From an uncultured Actinomycetes bacterium (GTDB lineage: Bacteria > Actinomycetota > Actinomycetes > Streptosporangiales > Streptosporangiaceae): 64,000 bases of DNA. A model generated the notes under the pieces. That model had not been told where the DNA came from. It did not search any database and was given only the letters and a program-made list of their open reading frames with translations. The stretch is from the NCBI GenBank assembly GCA_963824545.1, contig CAWGPP010000013.1, positions 38,924-102,923 on the forward strand, written 5' to 3'. Position 1 is the first letter of the stretch. Each line of letters begins with the position of its first letter. Shown here piece after piece: positions 19,612-34,106 of the stretch. Both the position numbers and the translations under genes were made by a program.

Positions 19612-20503
19612 GGCCGGTCCGCGGCTCGGGGTCGGCGGGCGGTCCCTGCGTCTCGGCGTCCGGTGCCGGCCGGGCGTCCTGGGGGGCATGACCCGTGTCG
19701 AAGATCTCGCTCCGGACCCGGTCGAGCGTCTCGTCCAGGATGATCCGCAGCTCGGCGAGGGCGTCCTCACCGGCCGTCGCCCCCGACTGCCAGGCGAGCC
19801 GACTCAGGTCGCGGACGAAACCCTTCACCGTCTGCTCCAGGTCCTTCAGCAGCCCCGCGTCGGGTCCGCCATGCCCACCCGGCCAGCCTCGGCGCCCCGG
19901 CCAGTCAGCCCAGGCTGCCCAGGGGACACTCTCCCGGCCGGACCGGCCCTGCTCGCGTTCCTGCCGGGCCCATTCCTTCGCATCCTCGCGGATCCGCCGG
20001 GCCTGCTCTCGGGCCTCGTCGCGGACCCGGCGGGCGCGCTGCCTGGCCTCCTCCGCCGGCCCCCGGTCGCGGGCCAGCGCCGTGTCCGGCGACGCCTCGC
20101 CCGGCTCGTCCGGGCGGCGGGTGGTACGCGCGGCCCAGGTCAGCTCCTCGCGCAGGCTGCGCACGGTCTCCCGGACGTCTTCTTTGACCTCCCGGACGAT
20201 GTCCCGCACCGAGTCCGACAGTTCCTGCTCAAGCTCGGCCAGTTCGTCTTCGCGGTCCCGCAGTTCCTGGCGGCCCGCCTCGGTGATCCGGTAGACCTTC
20301 CGCCCGTCCATTTCGTCGTGCGTGACCAGGCCTTCCTCCTCCAGCCGGGCCAGCCGCGGGTAGATCGTCCCGGGCGAGGGGGCGTATACGCCCATGAACT
20401 GATCCCGCAGCAGCCGGATCACCTCATAGCCGTGCCGGGGCTCCTCGTCGAGCAGCCGGAGCAGGTAGAGCCGGAGCCTGCCGTGGCGGAAAACCGGACT
20501 CAT
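19601..20503 (-). CDS. PadR family transcriptional regulator with long charged C-terminal extension
   Basis: PRHGYEVIRLL...GTIYPRLARLEEEGLV. Confidence 0.85.
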   Translation of the reverse strand: MSPVFRHGRLRLYLLRLLDEEPRHGYEVIRLLRDQFMGVYAPSPGTIYPRLARLEEEGLVTHDEMDGRKVYRITEAGRQELRDREDELAELEQELSDSVRDIVREVKEDVRETVRSLREELTWAARTTRRPDEPGEASPDTALARDRGPAEEARQRARRVRDEAREQARRIREDAKEWARQEREQGRSGRESVPWAAWADWPGRRGWPGGHGGPDAGLLKDLEQTVKGFVRDLSRLAWQSGATAGEDALAELRIILDETLDRVRSEIFDTGHAPQDARPAPDAETQGPPADPEPRTGPRA

Positions 20504-21498
20504 CGACCGTCGCCCTTCGTCTGTGCGTCATCGTGGGCCCCCGCCCCGTCCGTGGGCGCCGCATCGGTGGCCGCCGCCCATGGGTCGCCCGCCGTCGCCG
20601 CGCCGTCCCCGGCCGGTGCCTCGCGCGAGCCGTCCCGCGGCGGGCCGCCGGCTGCGCGGTCCTGCGGTGGCGCGGCGCCCGCGGGGCGATCCGGCGCCGG
20701 CCGGGTGTGCGGCACGCGGCGGAGCAGCGTCACCCGGCCTGACAGCGTGGTGACCGAAATATGACCGGTCCCGGCGCCTAGCGTACCGTTCACCGAACGC
20801 GACGCAGCGGAGTGTGCGCTGCTGAGGCGGTCAAACTCGCTGAGCACGCGCCCCGAGGCGGACCGCAGGTTGACCCGCGCGTCCGGGTCGGCGGGCAGGC
20901 GCAGGGCGATGTCGGATGACACCGTGGTGACGCGCACGTTGCCCGGCTTACCGAGATGGACGTCGGCGGTCACGCTGCCGCTGACGGTCTTGGCGTCCAG
21001 CCGGTCCAGCGACCCGCCCGCGAGCGTGAGGTCACCGGACACGGAATTGAAGGTGACGCTGCCGCTGATGTCCTGCGCCTCGACGTCGCCCCCGACCGTG
21101 TGCGCATCCACGCTGCCGGCCAGGCCGTCCAGCGTGATCGCGCCGGAGACGCTGCGGACGGAGGTGCGCGCGGTGACCCCGGACAGCACCGCGGTCGCCG
21201 CGACCACGCCGACCTGCGCGGGGCAGTCTCGCGGCACCGTGACGGTCATCTCGGCGGAATGGCTGCGCGGCCGCAGCCATTCGAGCAGGCCGTCCCAGCT
21301 CAGATCCTCGTAACTGACGGTCAGCACACCGTCTTCGTGGCTCACAATCAGCGGCTGCCCGCTGATCCGGGTGATATCCAGCGCCGGGGTCTCGCTGGTG
21401 GCCAGGATGGCGACGGATCCGGCGATCGTCCGTACCTTCAGCGCGGTCACGTCGTCGAACGCGAGACGCATGGGCGCGTCCACCGTCCATTGCGGCAT
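20500..21498 (-). CDS. DUF4097-like beta-strand repeat protein (putative cell-envelope stress partner of PadR)
   Basis: 332 aa with repeated SG-V/I-T/S beta-strand units and a Pro/Ala-rich tail. ATGA overlap with the PadR gene. Confidence 0.65.
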   Translation of the reverse strand: MPQWTVDAPMRLAFDDVTALKVRTIAGSVAILATSETPALDITRISGQPLIVSHEDGVLTVSYEDLSWDGLLEWLRPRSHSAEMTVTVPRDCPAQVGVVAATAVLSGVTARTSVRSVSGAITLDGLAGSVDAHTVGGDVEAQDISGSVTFNSVSGDLTLAGGSLDRLDAKTVSGSVTADVHLGKPGNVRVTTVSSDIALRLPADPDARVNLRSASGRVLSEFDRLSSAHSAASRSVNGTLGAGTGHISVTTLSGRVTLLRRVPHTRPAPDRPAGAAPPQDRAAGGPPRDGSREAPAGDGAATAGDPWAAATDAAPTDGAGAHDDAQTKGDGR

Positions 21499-21643
21499 CG
21501 GCTGTCTCCTGTCCGCCGTGGCGTTCCGGCTTCCTGCATACTCACGATATATCTTGTGTTAACCGCGTCAAGATGTATCGTAACGCCGTGAGTGTCCCGG
21601 GGGACACCGCGCGTTCCCGGCCGGACCGGGAACGCGGGCCCTG

Positions 21644-21817
21644 TCATTCGTCGTCGTCGAGCCGGGCCAGCCAGGTGGCCAGCCGGTCCACCGCGGTGTC
21701 GAACTCCGGGTTCAAATCCACGAAGTCCCGCAGCCGCCCGGCTAGCCAGGACAGGGTGACCTGCTCATCGCCCCGCTGCTCGTCCAGTTCCTCGATGCCG
21801 CGGTCGGTGAAGTACAT
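21644..21817 (-). CDS. conserved 57-aa actinobacterial small protein (DUF6104-like)
   Basis: Not in the ORF track (<60 aa). MYFTDRGIEELDEQRGDEQVTLSWLAGRLRDFVDLNPEFDTAVDRLATWLARLDDDE. High GC3, immediately downstream of kgd. Confidence 0.65.
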   Translation of the reverse strand: MYFTDRGIEELDEQRGDEQVTLSWLAGRLRDFVDLNPEFDTAVDRLATWLARLDDDE

Positions 21818-21845
21818 CTGTTCTCCGTGCCGTTCCAGGGCCCGA

Positions 21846-24800
21846 TCAGGCCAGGGCCGCCTCGATCAGCTCCTTGTGCGTCGCGGCATGCTGCTTGGCC
21901 GATCCGGTCGCCGGTGCCGAGCTGGCCCGCAGCGATACGAGCTCCAGCCTCCGGCCCAGCAGTTCCGGCAGCCACAGCGCCATCCGCGGCCAGGCGCCCA
22001 TGTTTTCTGGCTCTTCCTGGGCCCACACGAGTTCCTCCGCCTGCGGGTACCGGGCCAGCTCGGCTTTGAGCTCGTTCAGCGGCAGCGGGTAGAGCCGCTC
22101 CACCCGGACGATCGCCGTCGTTGACCCAGCGGCGCGCCGTGCCACCAGGTCCCAGTAGATCTTGCCCGAGCAGAGCACGATCTTGCGCGCCCGCGCCGCG
22201 TCGAACTCGGCCGGCTCGCCGATCAGCGGCTGGAACCAGCCGCTGGTGAAGGCGGAGGCCGGCGACGTCGCCGCCTTCATCCGGAGCATCGACTTGGGCG
22301 TGAACACGATGAGCGGCTTGCGCCGCCCGGACATCCCCTGCCAGCGCAGCAGGTGGAAGTAGCTGGCCGGGGTGGTCGGCATCGCGACGGTCATGTTGTC
22401 CTGCGCGCAGAGGGTGAGGAACCTCTCGACCCGCGCCGAGGAGTGGTCGGGTCCCTGGCCCTCGTACCCGTGCGGCAGCAGCAGGACGACGCCGGAATGC
22501 TGCCCCCATTTCTGCTCGCCCGCGCTGATGAACTCGTCGATGATCGACTGGGCGCCGTTGAAGAAGTCGCCGAACTGGGCCTCCCAGGCCACCAGCGCGT
22601 CCTCCCGGGCCACGGAGTACCCGTACTCGAAGCCCACCGCCGCGAACTCCGACAACAGCGAGTCGTACACGTAGAACTTGCAGCTCCCGTTGTCGAACCG
22701 CTTGAGCGGCGTGTATTCGTTGCCGTTACGCCGGTCGACCACGACCGCGTGCCGCTGCCCGAACGTGCCACGCCGGCTGTCCTGCCCGACGAGCCGGACC
22801 GGATGGCCGTCCAGCAGCAGGCCGCCAAAGGCCAGCAGCTCACCGGTCGCCCAGTCGATGGTGTCCTCGGCGACCATGGCCGCGCGCCGGGCCAGCTGCG
22901 GCTGCAGCCGCGGATGCGGCGTGAAGCCGTCGGGCATGCTGACCTGGGTCTCGATCACCTGCTTGACGGTGTCGATCGTGATGGCCGTGTTGACGGCGGT
23001 GTGGTTGACCGGCCGTTCCTCGGGTTCCGGCCGGACGACCGCGCCCGGCTCGGGCGGCCGCTGCGTCGCCTCGCGCGTCTCGGTGAAGGCCCGTTCGAGC
23101 TGGCGCTGGTAGTCGCGCAGCGCCGCCTCGGCCTCCTCCATCGTGATGTCGCCCCGGCCGATCAGCGACTCGGTGTAGAGCTTCCGGGTGGAGCGCTTGG
23201 CCTCGATGAGGTCGTACATGAGCGGCTGGGTGAACGAGGGGTTGTCCGCCTCGTTGTGGCCGCGCCTGCGGTAGCAGACCATATCGATGACGACGTCCTT
23301 GTGGAAAGCCTGGCGGTACTCGAAGGCGAGCCTGCCGACCCGGACGACCGCCTCCGGGTCGTCCCCGTTCACGTGGAAGATCGGTGCCTGGATCATCCGG
23401 GCCACGTCGGTGGGGTACACGGTGGACCGGCCGGACTGCGGCCCGGTGGTGAAGCCGAGCTGGTTGTTGACCACGATGTGCACGGTGCCGCCGGTTCGGT
23501 AACCGCGCAGCTGGGACAGGTTCAGGGTCTCCGCGACCACCCCCTGCCCGGCGAACGCGGCGTCGCCGTGCATCAGCACGGGCAGCACCGTGAAGCCGCC
23601 GGAGCCGCCCTTGTCCAGGACGTCCTGCTTGGCCCGGACCACGCCCTCGAGCACCGGGTCGACGGCTTCCAGATGGCTGGGGTTGGCTACCAGCGTGGTG
23701 GTGATCTGCGAGCCGTCCGGGCTCTTGAACACCCCGTCCGCGCCGAGGTGGTACTTCACGTCGCCGGATCCCTGCGTGCTGCCGGGGTCCATGTTGCCCT
23801 CGAACTCGTTAAATATCTGCCCGTAGGACTTGCCCACGATATTGGCTAGCACGTTCAGCCGGCCGCGGTGCGCCATGCCCAGGACCGCCTCGTCCAGGCC
23901 CTCCTCCGCGGCTTCCGTGATCACCGCGTCCAGCAGCGGAATCAGCGACTCCGCGCCCTCGAGCGAGAACCGGCGCTGCCCGACGAACTTCGTCTGCAGG
24001 AACATCTCGAACGCCTCGGCGACGTTCAGGCGGGACAGGATGCGGATCTGCTCGTCATGTCCGGGCCGTTCGTGCGGCCGCTCGATCCGCGCCTGGATCC
24101 AGGCGCGCTCGTCCGGCTCCTGGATGTGCATGTACTCGACGCCGACCGTACGGCAGTAGGAGTCGCGCAGCACGCCGAGGATCTTGCGCAGCTTCATCAG
24201 CGGGCGGCCGCCGAAACCGCCGGTGGCGAATTCGCGCTCCAGGTCCCACAACGTCAGCCCGTGCTGGTTGATGTCCAGGTCGGGGTGCTTGCGCAGGGGG
24301 AACTCCAGCGGGTTGGTGTCGGCCATCAGGTGGCCGCGCACCCGGTAGGCGTGGATGAGTTCCTGCACCCGGGCGGCCTTGGTGATGTCGTCCTCGTGCC
24401 CGGCGGAGATGTCCTTGACCCAGCGGACCGGTTCGTACGGGATCTGAAGCGCGGTGAAGATGTCGTCGTAGAAGCCGTCCTCGCCCAGCAGCAGCTGGTG
24501 AATCCGGTTAAGGAACTCCCCGGACTGGGCACCCTGGATGATCCGGTGGTCGTACGTCGAGGTCAGCGTCACCTGGCGGCTGATGGCCAGCCGGGCCAGG
24601 GTCTCTTCCGCGGCGCCCTGGTAGGCGGCCGGGTATTCCATCGCCCCCACTCCCACGATGCAGCCCTGCCCCGGCATCAGCCGCGGGATGGAGTGGACGG
24701 TCCCGATCGTGCCCGGGTTGGTCAGGCTGATGGTCGTTCCCGCGAAATCCTCGACCGCCAGCTTGCCGATGCGCGCCTTGCGCACGACGTCCTCGTAGGC

Positions 24801-25796
24801 GGTCCAGAACTGCCGGAAATCCATGGTCTCCGCGCCCTTGATGTTGGGCACGAGCAGCTGGCGGGAGCCGTCGTCCTTGCTCACGTCGATGGCTATCCCG
24901 AGGTTGACCTGGTCGGGGGCCACCAGCACCGGCTTACCGTCGTCCTCGGCGAAGGAATCGTTCATGGCCGGCACGGCGTCCAGCGCCCGGACCACCGCGT
25001 ACCCGATCAGGTGGGTGAACGAGACCTTGCCGCCCCGGCCGCGCCGGAGATGGTTGTTGATCACGATGCGGTTGTCGATCAGCAGCTTGGCCGGGATGTC
25101 CCGGACGCTGGTCGCGGTGGGCACCACCAGGCTGCTGGCCATGTTCGAGGCCGTCCGCGCGGCTGTGCCGCGCAGCCGGTTCCGCTGCCCGGGCAGCCGG
25201 CCCGCGGCGGGCTGCGCCGCCGGAGGCTGTGCGGCCGGAGGCTGTGTCGGCGCGGGGGCGGCGGGCCTGGTCGGCCCGGAGCCGGGAGGGGCAGGCGCCC
25301 GGGCAGCCGCCGTGGCGGGCGCCGGAGCGGCCGGGGACGGGGGCGCGGCCGGGGGCGCCGGAGCGGCTGGGCTCACGGGTGCGGCCGGGGCGCTTGGCGC
25401 CGGGCTCGCGGGCGAAGCCGGGGCGGACGCCGCCGGGGCGGACGTCGCGCCGTTGGGGACGGCGGTTTCCTCGTCCGTGGTGGTGCCGGACCGGTAGTCA
25501 GAGAAGAAGCTCCACCAGGCCTGGTCGACGGATTCGGGGTCAGCGAGGTAGCGCTGGTATAGCTCGTCCACCAGCCACTGGTTCGCCCCGAAGTCGGACG
25601 CATTCAGGTGCGGATCGGTCGCGGGCGGCCCAGCCGTCCGGCCAGGCGTGCGCTCCGCCGCTGCGCTGGCCGCCTGACGAGGCTGCTGGCTTGCTCTGAG
25701 GGACCCGTCCGGGCTCGCGGCGGCCTGCGCCGCCCCCGTCCGGGCCTGCTCCGATTCGCTGAGGTCCGCGTTAGCACGCGTTGACTCAGAAGACAC
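21846..25796 (-). CDS. kgd: multifunctional 2-oxoglutarate decarboxylase/dehydrogenase E1 (Kgd/SucA)
   Basis: 1316 aa with an N-terminal Pro/Ala-rich linker, an E2-like acyltransferase core (YDHRIIQGA) and the E1o ThDP domains. Confidence 0.95.
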   Translation of the reverse strand: MSSESTRANADLSESEQARTGAAQAAASPDGSLRASQQPRQAASAAAERTPGRTAGPPATDPHLNASDFGANQWLVDELYQRYLADPESVDQAWWSFFSDYRSGTTTDEETAVPNGATSAPAASAPASPASPAPSAPAAPVSPAAPAPPAAPPSPAAPAPATAAARAPAPPGSGPTRPAAPAPTQPPAAQPPAAQPAAGRLPGQRNRLRGTAARTASNMASSLVVPTATSVRDIPAKLLIDNRIVINNHLRRGRGGKVSFTHLIGYAVVRALDAVPAMNDSFAEDDGKPVLVAPDQVNLGIAIDVSKDDGSRQLLVPNIKGAETMDFRQFWTAYEDVVRKARIGKLAVEDFAGTTISLTNPGTIGTVHSIPRLMPGQGCIVGVGAMEYPAAYQGAAEETLARLAISRQVTLTSTYDHRIIQGAQSGEFLNRIHQLLLGEDGFYDDIFTALQIPYEPVRWVKDISAGHEDDITKAARVQELIHAYRVRGHLMADTNPLEFPLRKHPDLDINQHGLTLWDLEREFATGGFGGRPLMKLRKILGVLRDSYCRTVGVEYMHIQEPDERAWIQARIERPHERPGHDEQIRILSRLNVAEAFEMFLQTKFVGQRRFSLEGAESLIPLLDAVITEAAEEGLDEAVLGMAHRGRLNVLANIVGKSYGQIFNEFEGNMDPGSTQGSGDVKYHLGADGVFKSPDGSQITTTLVANPSHLEAVDPVLEGVVRAKQDVLDKGGSGGFTVLPVLMHGDAAFAGQGVVAETLNLSQLRGYRTGGTVHIVVNNQLGFTTGPQSGRSTVYPTDVARMIQAPIFHVNGDDPEAVVRVGRLAFEYRQAFHKDVVIDMVCYRRRGHNEADNPSFTQPLMYDLIEAKRSTRKLYTESLIGRGDITMEEAEAALRDYQRQLERAFTETREATQRPPEPGAVVRPEPEERPVNHTAVNTAITIDTVKQVIETQVSMPDGFTPHPRLQPQLARRAAMVAEDTIDWATGELLAFGGLLLDGHPVRLVGQDSRRGTFGQRHAVVVDRRNGNEYTPLKRFDNGSCKFYVYDSLLSEFAAVGFEYGYSVAREDALVAWEAQFGDFFNGAQSIIDEFISAGEQKWGQHSGVVLLLPHGYEGQGPDHSSARVERFLTLCAQDNMTVAMPTTPASYFHLLRWQGMSGRRKPLIVFTPKSMLRMKAATSPASAFTSGWFQPLIGEPAEFDAARARKIVLCSGKIYWDLVARRAAGSTTAIVRVERLYPLPLNELKAELARYPQAEELVWAQEEPENMGAWPRMALWLPELLGRRLELVSLRASSAPATGSAKQHAATHKELIEAALA

Positions 25797-26247
25797 GGCG
25801 GATATCGCCCACTTCCGCAGTTTGAATGCGATCTTTGCTCGGCATCAAGATTACCTGGGAGTTCTGGCCCGGGGGCCTGAAGAAATTAAGGCCCGTCCGT
25901 AACGCCTGTGGCACCTGTCACCTCACGTGGCCTGTATGGCGAATGAGACGGCCGCCGCTCCCGTAGAACGGCGGCGCCAGGCACTGGGCCGCCCGTCCCA
26001 GGTTATGGGCAGAGTTTTGGGCAGTATGTGCGAAAAGTCTGCCCATAAGTGCCGAAGGCGCTGGGCGCCGGCCTGGCCCCGGGGCGCCTGGCCGGCGTCG
26101 GCATCCCTTGCGGTGTGGCCCTGAGCTGCAGCGACCTCGAATACCCGGTCCGATCACGATGCCGGAAGGTACGATCGCGGCGTAGGGGACATAGGCCACC
26201 ATCCGGTTTCGACGAGGCTTGTGCCCCGTCCAACTCCGAGGGAAAAG

Positions 26248-29200
26248 GTGAGTACGACAGGCAGCCCCTGGGATGGCGACGCCCGGCGTCCTCGCCGCGT
26301 GCGGATCCGTCGCCCCGACCATGGGGGAGCGGAAGCCTGGCGTGAGCCGGATTCCCCGGACGAATTCGGGCCCGGGCCGGCCCGCCGCTACACGCCTTCT
26401 GTGCCTGGCGAGCCGGGCACCGCCGGGGCCGTGCCGGGCTACCCGTACCCGCCAGAGTCGGCGTACCCGTACGAGCCGTCCGAGCCGTCCGAGGCGTACC
26501 CGTACGAGCCGTCGCCGCCGACGCATCCCGCCGGGCCGGGCTCCCCCTACGGACCCTCCGCCCCGGAGCCGGGCTACCTTGGCTACCCGGGCTACTCCGG
26601 TGAGGCCGGAGCAACGTACCCTTCCACGCCCTCCTATCCCTACGGGCAGACGCCTCCCCGCCCTGCGTCGGCCTCTGGTTACCCGTACGAACCGGAGGCG
26701 GCTTACCCGTACGAGCCCCAGCCGGCCCACCGCTACGAGCCGCCGGCGCCGTATACGTACGAGCCACCGGCCGCGTATCCCTACGAGCCGGCGCCGGCCT
26801 ATCCGTACGAGCCGCCGTCGGTGTACCCGTACGAGGCGCCGCGGACGGGATATCCGTACCCGGCGCGGCCACCGGCACCGGGACCTGGTTACCCGTACGC
26901 GTTGGAAGCCGCGCCTGGCGCGGCGCCGCAACCCTACGCGCCGGCACCGGGCCCGGGCGGCCTAGGCGGCCCGCCGTCGGCGGGCCCGCGCGCGCTTGCG
27001 GGCCCCGGCGAACGGGAGCAGCCCGGCCCGGGCAACGGCGAATATGGGCCGGGTTACCGGCCGGTTCCCGCCGGCAACGGCCAGAACCTCGCACGCTACG
27101 GCCCGCGGACCGCGGACCGCGGAGGTAATGCGGTGCCTGGCCCTTACGCCCCCTCAGCTCCGCCCGGCTACGGGCCGGCACCTGGTTACGGCGCGACAGA
27201 CGACACGGTCGCGTCAGCCCGCCCACCCGGGCGGCCGCCGGCACCACGCGAAAGCGCCCCCGGTTATGAGTTCGGTTACCCGGGCGACGCGCCCCCGCCG
27301 GGGCAGGCCGGCTTCGTCACGCTGGACGGAACCCCCGGTGACTTCGCCCGGCCGGACGGGGCTCCCGGCGGCCTTGATGACGACGCCGCCGCGTCCTACC
27401 GGACCCGGCCGACGGGGTACGCCTCCGCGCCGGCCATGACCCCGCCGGCCGGGCCGCCCGGTTCGGGACCGCCCGGGTTCGAGTTCCCCGGTTCCGGGCG
27501 GCCACGGGGCAACCGGACGGTGCCGCCGCCCCGGCGGCCGCTGCTGGCGCTCCCGGGCGGCCGGCCCGGTGACACCCGGGACCGGGACGGCCGAGGGGAC
27601 GGCGAGGATGGCCGGCCCGGAGCCGGCGGTACGCGATGGGAACGGCTGCGCGCCCTGGTCTCCTCGCCCCGGACGTCCGGCGGCGCCGCGGACAGCGCCG
27701 CCCCCTCACCGTTGTCCGCGGCCGGCGTCAAGCGGTGGGCGGTCCGCGCCGCGCTCCCGATGGTGTCCATGATCGCGGTCGGTGTCGCGGTCGTCGCGGC
27801 CTTCGGGGGCGGCGACGGCGGGATTGGCCCGGCGCCTGCGAACCTATCGGTGGGCTTCCCGCCCGCCACGCCGGCCGGAAACGACTTCACCACCACCCCG
27901 GCCGACGCGGCGCGTGGCATCAGCCAGGCCCTCACGCAGGTGGCCAGTTCCGGCTCGCTGGTGGTCGCGGCCGGCTCACAGGTCGGCGCGCGTATCGGCC
28001 GCGCGCAGTTCTTCGTCTCCGCCGACGGCGGCCGGACCTGGGCCCTCGGCACCGAACAGGCCGCTGGCGGCGGGGATCCGGCGCCCGGGCACCCGGCGAC
28101 CCTGATCGCGGGCGGTCAGGGCCAGTGGGCCGCGCTCGGGCCCAGCGCGATCTGGACCAGCCGCGACGGCATGGCCTGGACGCTGGCGTCGGCTCAGGGG
28201 ATCGCCCCGCTGCGGGACGGGGACCAGGTGAACGTGCTGCGCCGGACGGCCGGGGGCTTCCTCGCCGCCGGCGAGAACGTGCCGCCCGGAGATCCGGCGG
28301 CGGCGGGCCCCGTCGTCTGGACATCCGCCAACGGCGTCAACTGGCGTCGGCTCGGCGCGGCCCAGCTGCATCTGAAGGCCGGTGGCGGCACGGCCGGGGC
28401 TCTCACCTCCGCCGCTGTGGCCGGGAAGAACATCGTCGTTTCCGGTGTGACCACCGCCAACGTCGCTCAGGGCACGGTGCGCTCGTCCGGGGTGTGGCGG
28501 AGCACGGACAACGGCACGACCTGGACCGCGGTAACCGTTCCGGTCAGCAACGGGGCGACCGCGGCGGTCGGCGGGCTTGCGGCGACGGCGAACGGGCTGG
28601 TGGCCGTGCGGCCGGGCCAGTCCAAGGCCGGGACCGGCGCCGTGGTGTTCACGTCCGCCGACGGCGCGGCCTGGAAGTTCGCCGCCACCGTCACCGCCCA
28701 GGGTGGCGCCGGGCTCACCGTGGCCACCGTGGACGGCGGCCCGGCGGGTGCGGTGATCACCGGCAGCAGCGCCGGCAACCTGCTCGCGTTCACCAGCATC
28801 AGCGGCACGGCCTGGCGGCCGGTGGGCGTGCTGGGCAGCGCCACCGCCGGGACCATCGCGGCGGTAGCCGTGACCACCGGCGGCGCCGTCGTTGCCGCGG
28901 GCAGCACCGCGGCCGGGCCACTCGGCCAGCAGCCCACGCTGACCCTCGACAACGCGGGACGGCTCACCCCGGTCAACTTCGCGCGTATCCCGGGCGCCGT
29001 CGAGCCCCAGGTCGCCGTCGGCGGCATCGCGGCCGACGGCAGCAGCCAGGTGGCCGTCGGCAGCGCTAACGGCTTCCCCGCGACGTGGTTCTCCGCCAAC
29101 GCGGGAACCAGCTGGACGCGTGGCACCGGTGCGCCCGCGGCCGCGCTGACCCGGCCGGGCCTGCAGACGCTGACCAGCGTCGTGCACGGCATCGCGGGCT

Positions 29201-30045
29201 GGGTCGCGGTCGGGGGTGTCCAGGCCGCGACGGCCCAGCGCCCAGTCGTTGTCACTTCGGCGGCCGGCCAGGCCTGGCAGGCCGCCGACACTTCCCCCGC
29301 CTTCGCCGGCGCCGGGGTCTTCACCGTCGCCGCCGCGGCCGGCCGGGACGGTTATGTCATCGTCGGGCGCCAGCAGGTCGCGGGGCGCACGGTCGCCGCG
29401 GCCTGGTGGTCGGCCGGCCTCACCGGCTGGCAGCGGGGCACGGACGCGGCCGCCGGGGCGCTGGACGGGGCCGGGGTATCCCGGCAGATGCTGGCGGCCA
29501 CCGCGGACGCGGGTGGCTTCGTCGCCGTCGGGGCCGCTGGTGCCCGCCCGGCCGCGTGGATCTCGCCGGATGGCCGCACCTGGCGGCCGGTAACCCTCGC
29601 GCTGCCGATGAATTCGGTCCGGGCACAGCTCCAGCGGGTGACCATCAACGGCCGCCGGATCGTGGCCACGGGGATGTCAGCGACCTCAGGCGGCCAGACC
29701 GCGCCGTTCGCCGCGCTGTCCGTCAACGGCGGCGCCACCTGGACCGAGTCCCTGCTGCCGTCCCCCGGCGGGGCAGCCACCGTCAACGCGGTCACCGCGA
29801 CCGGCGCCGGGTTCACCGCCACCGGCACGTTCGGGGCCGACGGGCACCAGGATGTCGTCATCTGGACGGCGGCCGACGGGCTCAACTGGAAGACGAACTC
29901 CCCGTCGGTGACTGGCCTCGGCGGCCAGGGCATCCAGCAGATCACCGCGCTGACCGTCTCCGGCAGCACCCTGACCGGCGTCGGCTTCGCCGCCTCACCG
30001 ACCGGCGAAACCCCCACCATCTGGCGGTCCCCGATCCGGGGCTGA
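26248..30045 (+). CDS. large single-pass membrane protein: cytoplasmic Pro/Tyr-rich YPYEP repeats plus extracellular Asp-box (BNR) repeat region
   Basis: About 10 YPYEP-like repeats (aa ~70-230) and a TM helix PMVSMIAVGVAVVAAFGG. At least 9 S-x-D-x-G-x-[TA]-W boxes follow (SADGGRTW, SRDGMAW, STDNGTTW, SPDGRTW and others). Start is GTG 26248 after GAGGGAAAAG, or GTG 26221. Confidence 0.75.
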   Translation: MSTTGSPWDGDARRPRRVRIRRPDHGGAEAWREPDSPDEFGPGPARRYTPSVPGEPGTAGAVPGYPYPPESAYPYEPSEPSEAYPYEPSPPTHPAGPGSPYGPSAPEPGYLGYPGYSGEAGATYPSTPSYPYGQTPPRPASASGYPYEPEAAYPYEPQPAHRYEPPAPYTYEPPAAYPYEPAPAYPYEPPSVYPYEAPRTGYPYPARPPAPGPGYPYALEAAPGAAPQPYAPAPGPGGLGGPPSAGPRALAGPGEREQPGPGNGEYGPGYRPVPAGNGQNLARYGPRTADRGGNAVPGPYAPSAPPGYGPAPGYGATDDTVASARPPGRPPAPRESAPGYEFGYPGDAPPPGQAGFVTLDGTPGDFARPDGAPGGLDDDAAASYRTRPTGYASAPAMTPPAGPPGSGPPGFEFPGSGRPRGNRTVPPPRRPLLALPGGRPGDTRDRDGRGDGEDGRPGAGGTRWERLRALVSSPRTSGGAADSAAPSPLSAAGVKRWAVRAALPMVSMIAVGVAVVAAFGGGDGGIGPAPANLSVGFPPATPAGNDFTTTPADAARGISQALTQVASSGSLVVAAGSQVGARIGRAQFFVSADGGRTWALGTEQAAGGGDPAPGHPATLIAGGQGQWAALGPSAIWTSRDGMAWTLASAQGIAPLRDGDQVNVLRRTAGGFLAAGENVPPGDPAAAGPVVWTSANGVNWRRLGAAQLHLKAGGGTAGALTSAAVAGKNIVVSGVTTANVAQGTVRSSGVWRSTDNGTTWTAVTVPVSNGATAAVGGLAATANGLVAVRPGQSKAGTGAVVFTSADGAAWKFAATVTAQGGAGLTVATVDGGPAGAVITGSSAGNLLAFTSISGTAWRPVGVLGSATAGTIAAVAVTTGGAVVAAGSTAAGPLGQQPTLTLDNAGRLTPVNFARIPGAVEPQVAVGGIAADGSSQVAVGSANGFPATWFSANAGTSWTRGTGAPAAALTRPGLQTLTSVVHGIAGWVAVGGVQAATAQRPVVVTSAAGQAWQAADTSPAFAGAGVFTVAAAAGRDGYVIVGRQQVAGRTVAAAWWSAGLTGWQRGTDAAAGALDGAGVSRQMLAATADAGGFVAVGAAGARPAAWISPDGRTWRPVTLALPMNSVRAQLQRVTINGRRIVATGMSATSGGQTAPFAALSVNGGATWTESLLPSPGGAATVNAVTATGAGFTATGTFGADGHQDVVIWTAADGLNWKTNSPSVTGLGGQGIQQITALTVSGSTLTGVGFAASPTGETPTIWRSPIRG

Positions 30046-30174
30046 ACGGGTGGACACTCCTATCAATGTGCAAATTCTGCGGCTGTCACGGCAGGAACTG
30101 CACAAGTTCGGGAAGAGCGATCGTTAGTTGAGGGTCTGGTGGGCGGGGGCGGCCGGCAGGGATGCGGGACGCGC

Positions 30175-31005
30175 TCAGGGGCGGGCGGTCTCGCCCGCGG
30201 GCCCGAAGACGTCGGCCCGGCGGTGCTCGAGGCTCGGCAGGGTCGCGCGGACCCGCGCCGTGAAGTCAAGGTCCACCTCGCCGACGGCCACTCCCGGGTA
30301 TGGGCCCAGATCCAGCCGGACGGTACCGAGCGGGTCGATCAGCACGCTGCGGCCGATCCCGGTGGGCGCCCTGGTCGGCGGCTCGTCCGGGTCGGGCACC
30401 TGCCCGGCCGCGGCGACCCATACCGTGTTCTCGATGGCCCGGGCGCGGGCCAGCGTGATCCAGTGGTCTTCCTTGAACAGCCCGGCACCCCACGCCGCGG
30501 GCAGCACGATCAGGTCCGCGCCGCGCCCCGCCAGCAGCCGGGTCAGCTCGGGGAACCGCAGGTCATAGCAGAGCTGCAGGCCGGCCGTCAGCCCGGCCAG
30601 CTTGGCCAGCACCGGCTCACTGCCCGGCGCGATGAGGTCGGATTCGCGCTGGCCGAGCGCGTCGAACAGGTGCAGCTTGCGGTAGGCGGCCACCAGCTCA
30701 CCGGACCGGTCGAACGCGACGGCGGTATTGAACACGCGGCCGTCCGGGCCCGGCTCGAAAATCCCGGCCACCAGGGCCACGCCCGCCGCACGCGCCGCGG
30801 CGGCCAGCGCCGTGCCGAAGGGGCCGTCCGGTGGCGCCGCGACCGGCCGCGGATCACAGCCGAAGCGGATCTGCGTCGCTTCCGGGAAGACGGCGAGGTC
30901 CGCGCCGCGCGCCGCCGCTTCGGACAATGCCGAACGGACCCGGTCAAGATTGACCGACGGCTGGGAGCTGACCGGGATCTGGCCGAGTGCGACGCGCATG
31001 CGCAC
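30175..31005 (-). CDS. carbon-nitrogen hydrolase family protein (omega-amidase-like)
   Basis: 276 aa, MRVALGQI..., catalytic Cys context LQLCYDLRFPE. Confidence 0.85.
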   Translation of the reverse strand: MRMRVALGQIPVSSQPSVNLDRVRSALSEAAARGADLAVFPEATQIRFGCDPRPVAAPPDGPFGTALAAAARAAGVALVAGIFEPGPDGRVFNTAVAFDRSGELVAAYRKLHLFDALGQRESDLIAPGSEPVLAKLAGLTAGLQLCYDLRFPELTRLLAGRGADLIVLPAAWGAGLFKEDHWITLARARAIENTVWVAAAGQVPDPDEPPTRAPTGIGRSVLIDPLGTVRLDLGPYPGVAVGEVDLDFTARVRATLPSLEHRRADVFGPAGETARP

Positions 31006-31033
31006 AGCCTAAGCCGCCGCCGCGGCCTAGGCT

Positions 31034-34106
<3,073 letters not shown>

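Noticed and set aside
30066-30131. 21-codon Cys-rich ORF MCKFCGCHGRNCTSSGRAIVS between the BNR protein and the C-N hydrolase.
   Set aside because: It has no convincing ribosome-binding site. The same DNA forms an imperfect inverted repeat (tgtgcaaattctgc / gcaggaactgcaca), which is more simply explained as a bidirectional terminator between convergent genes.
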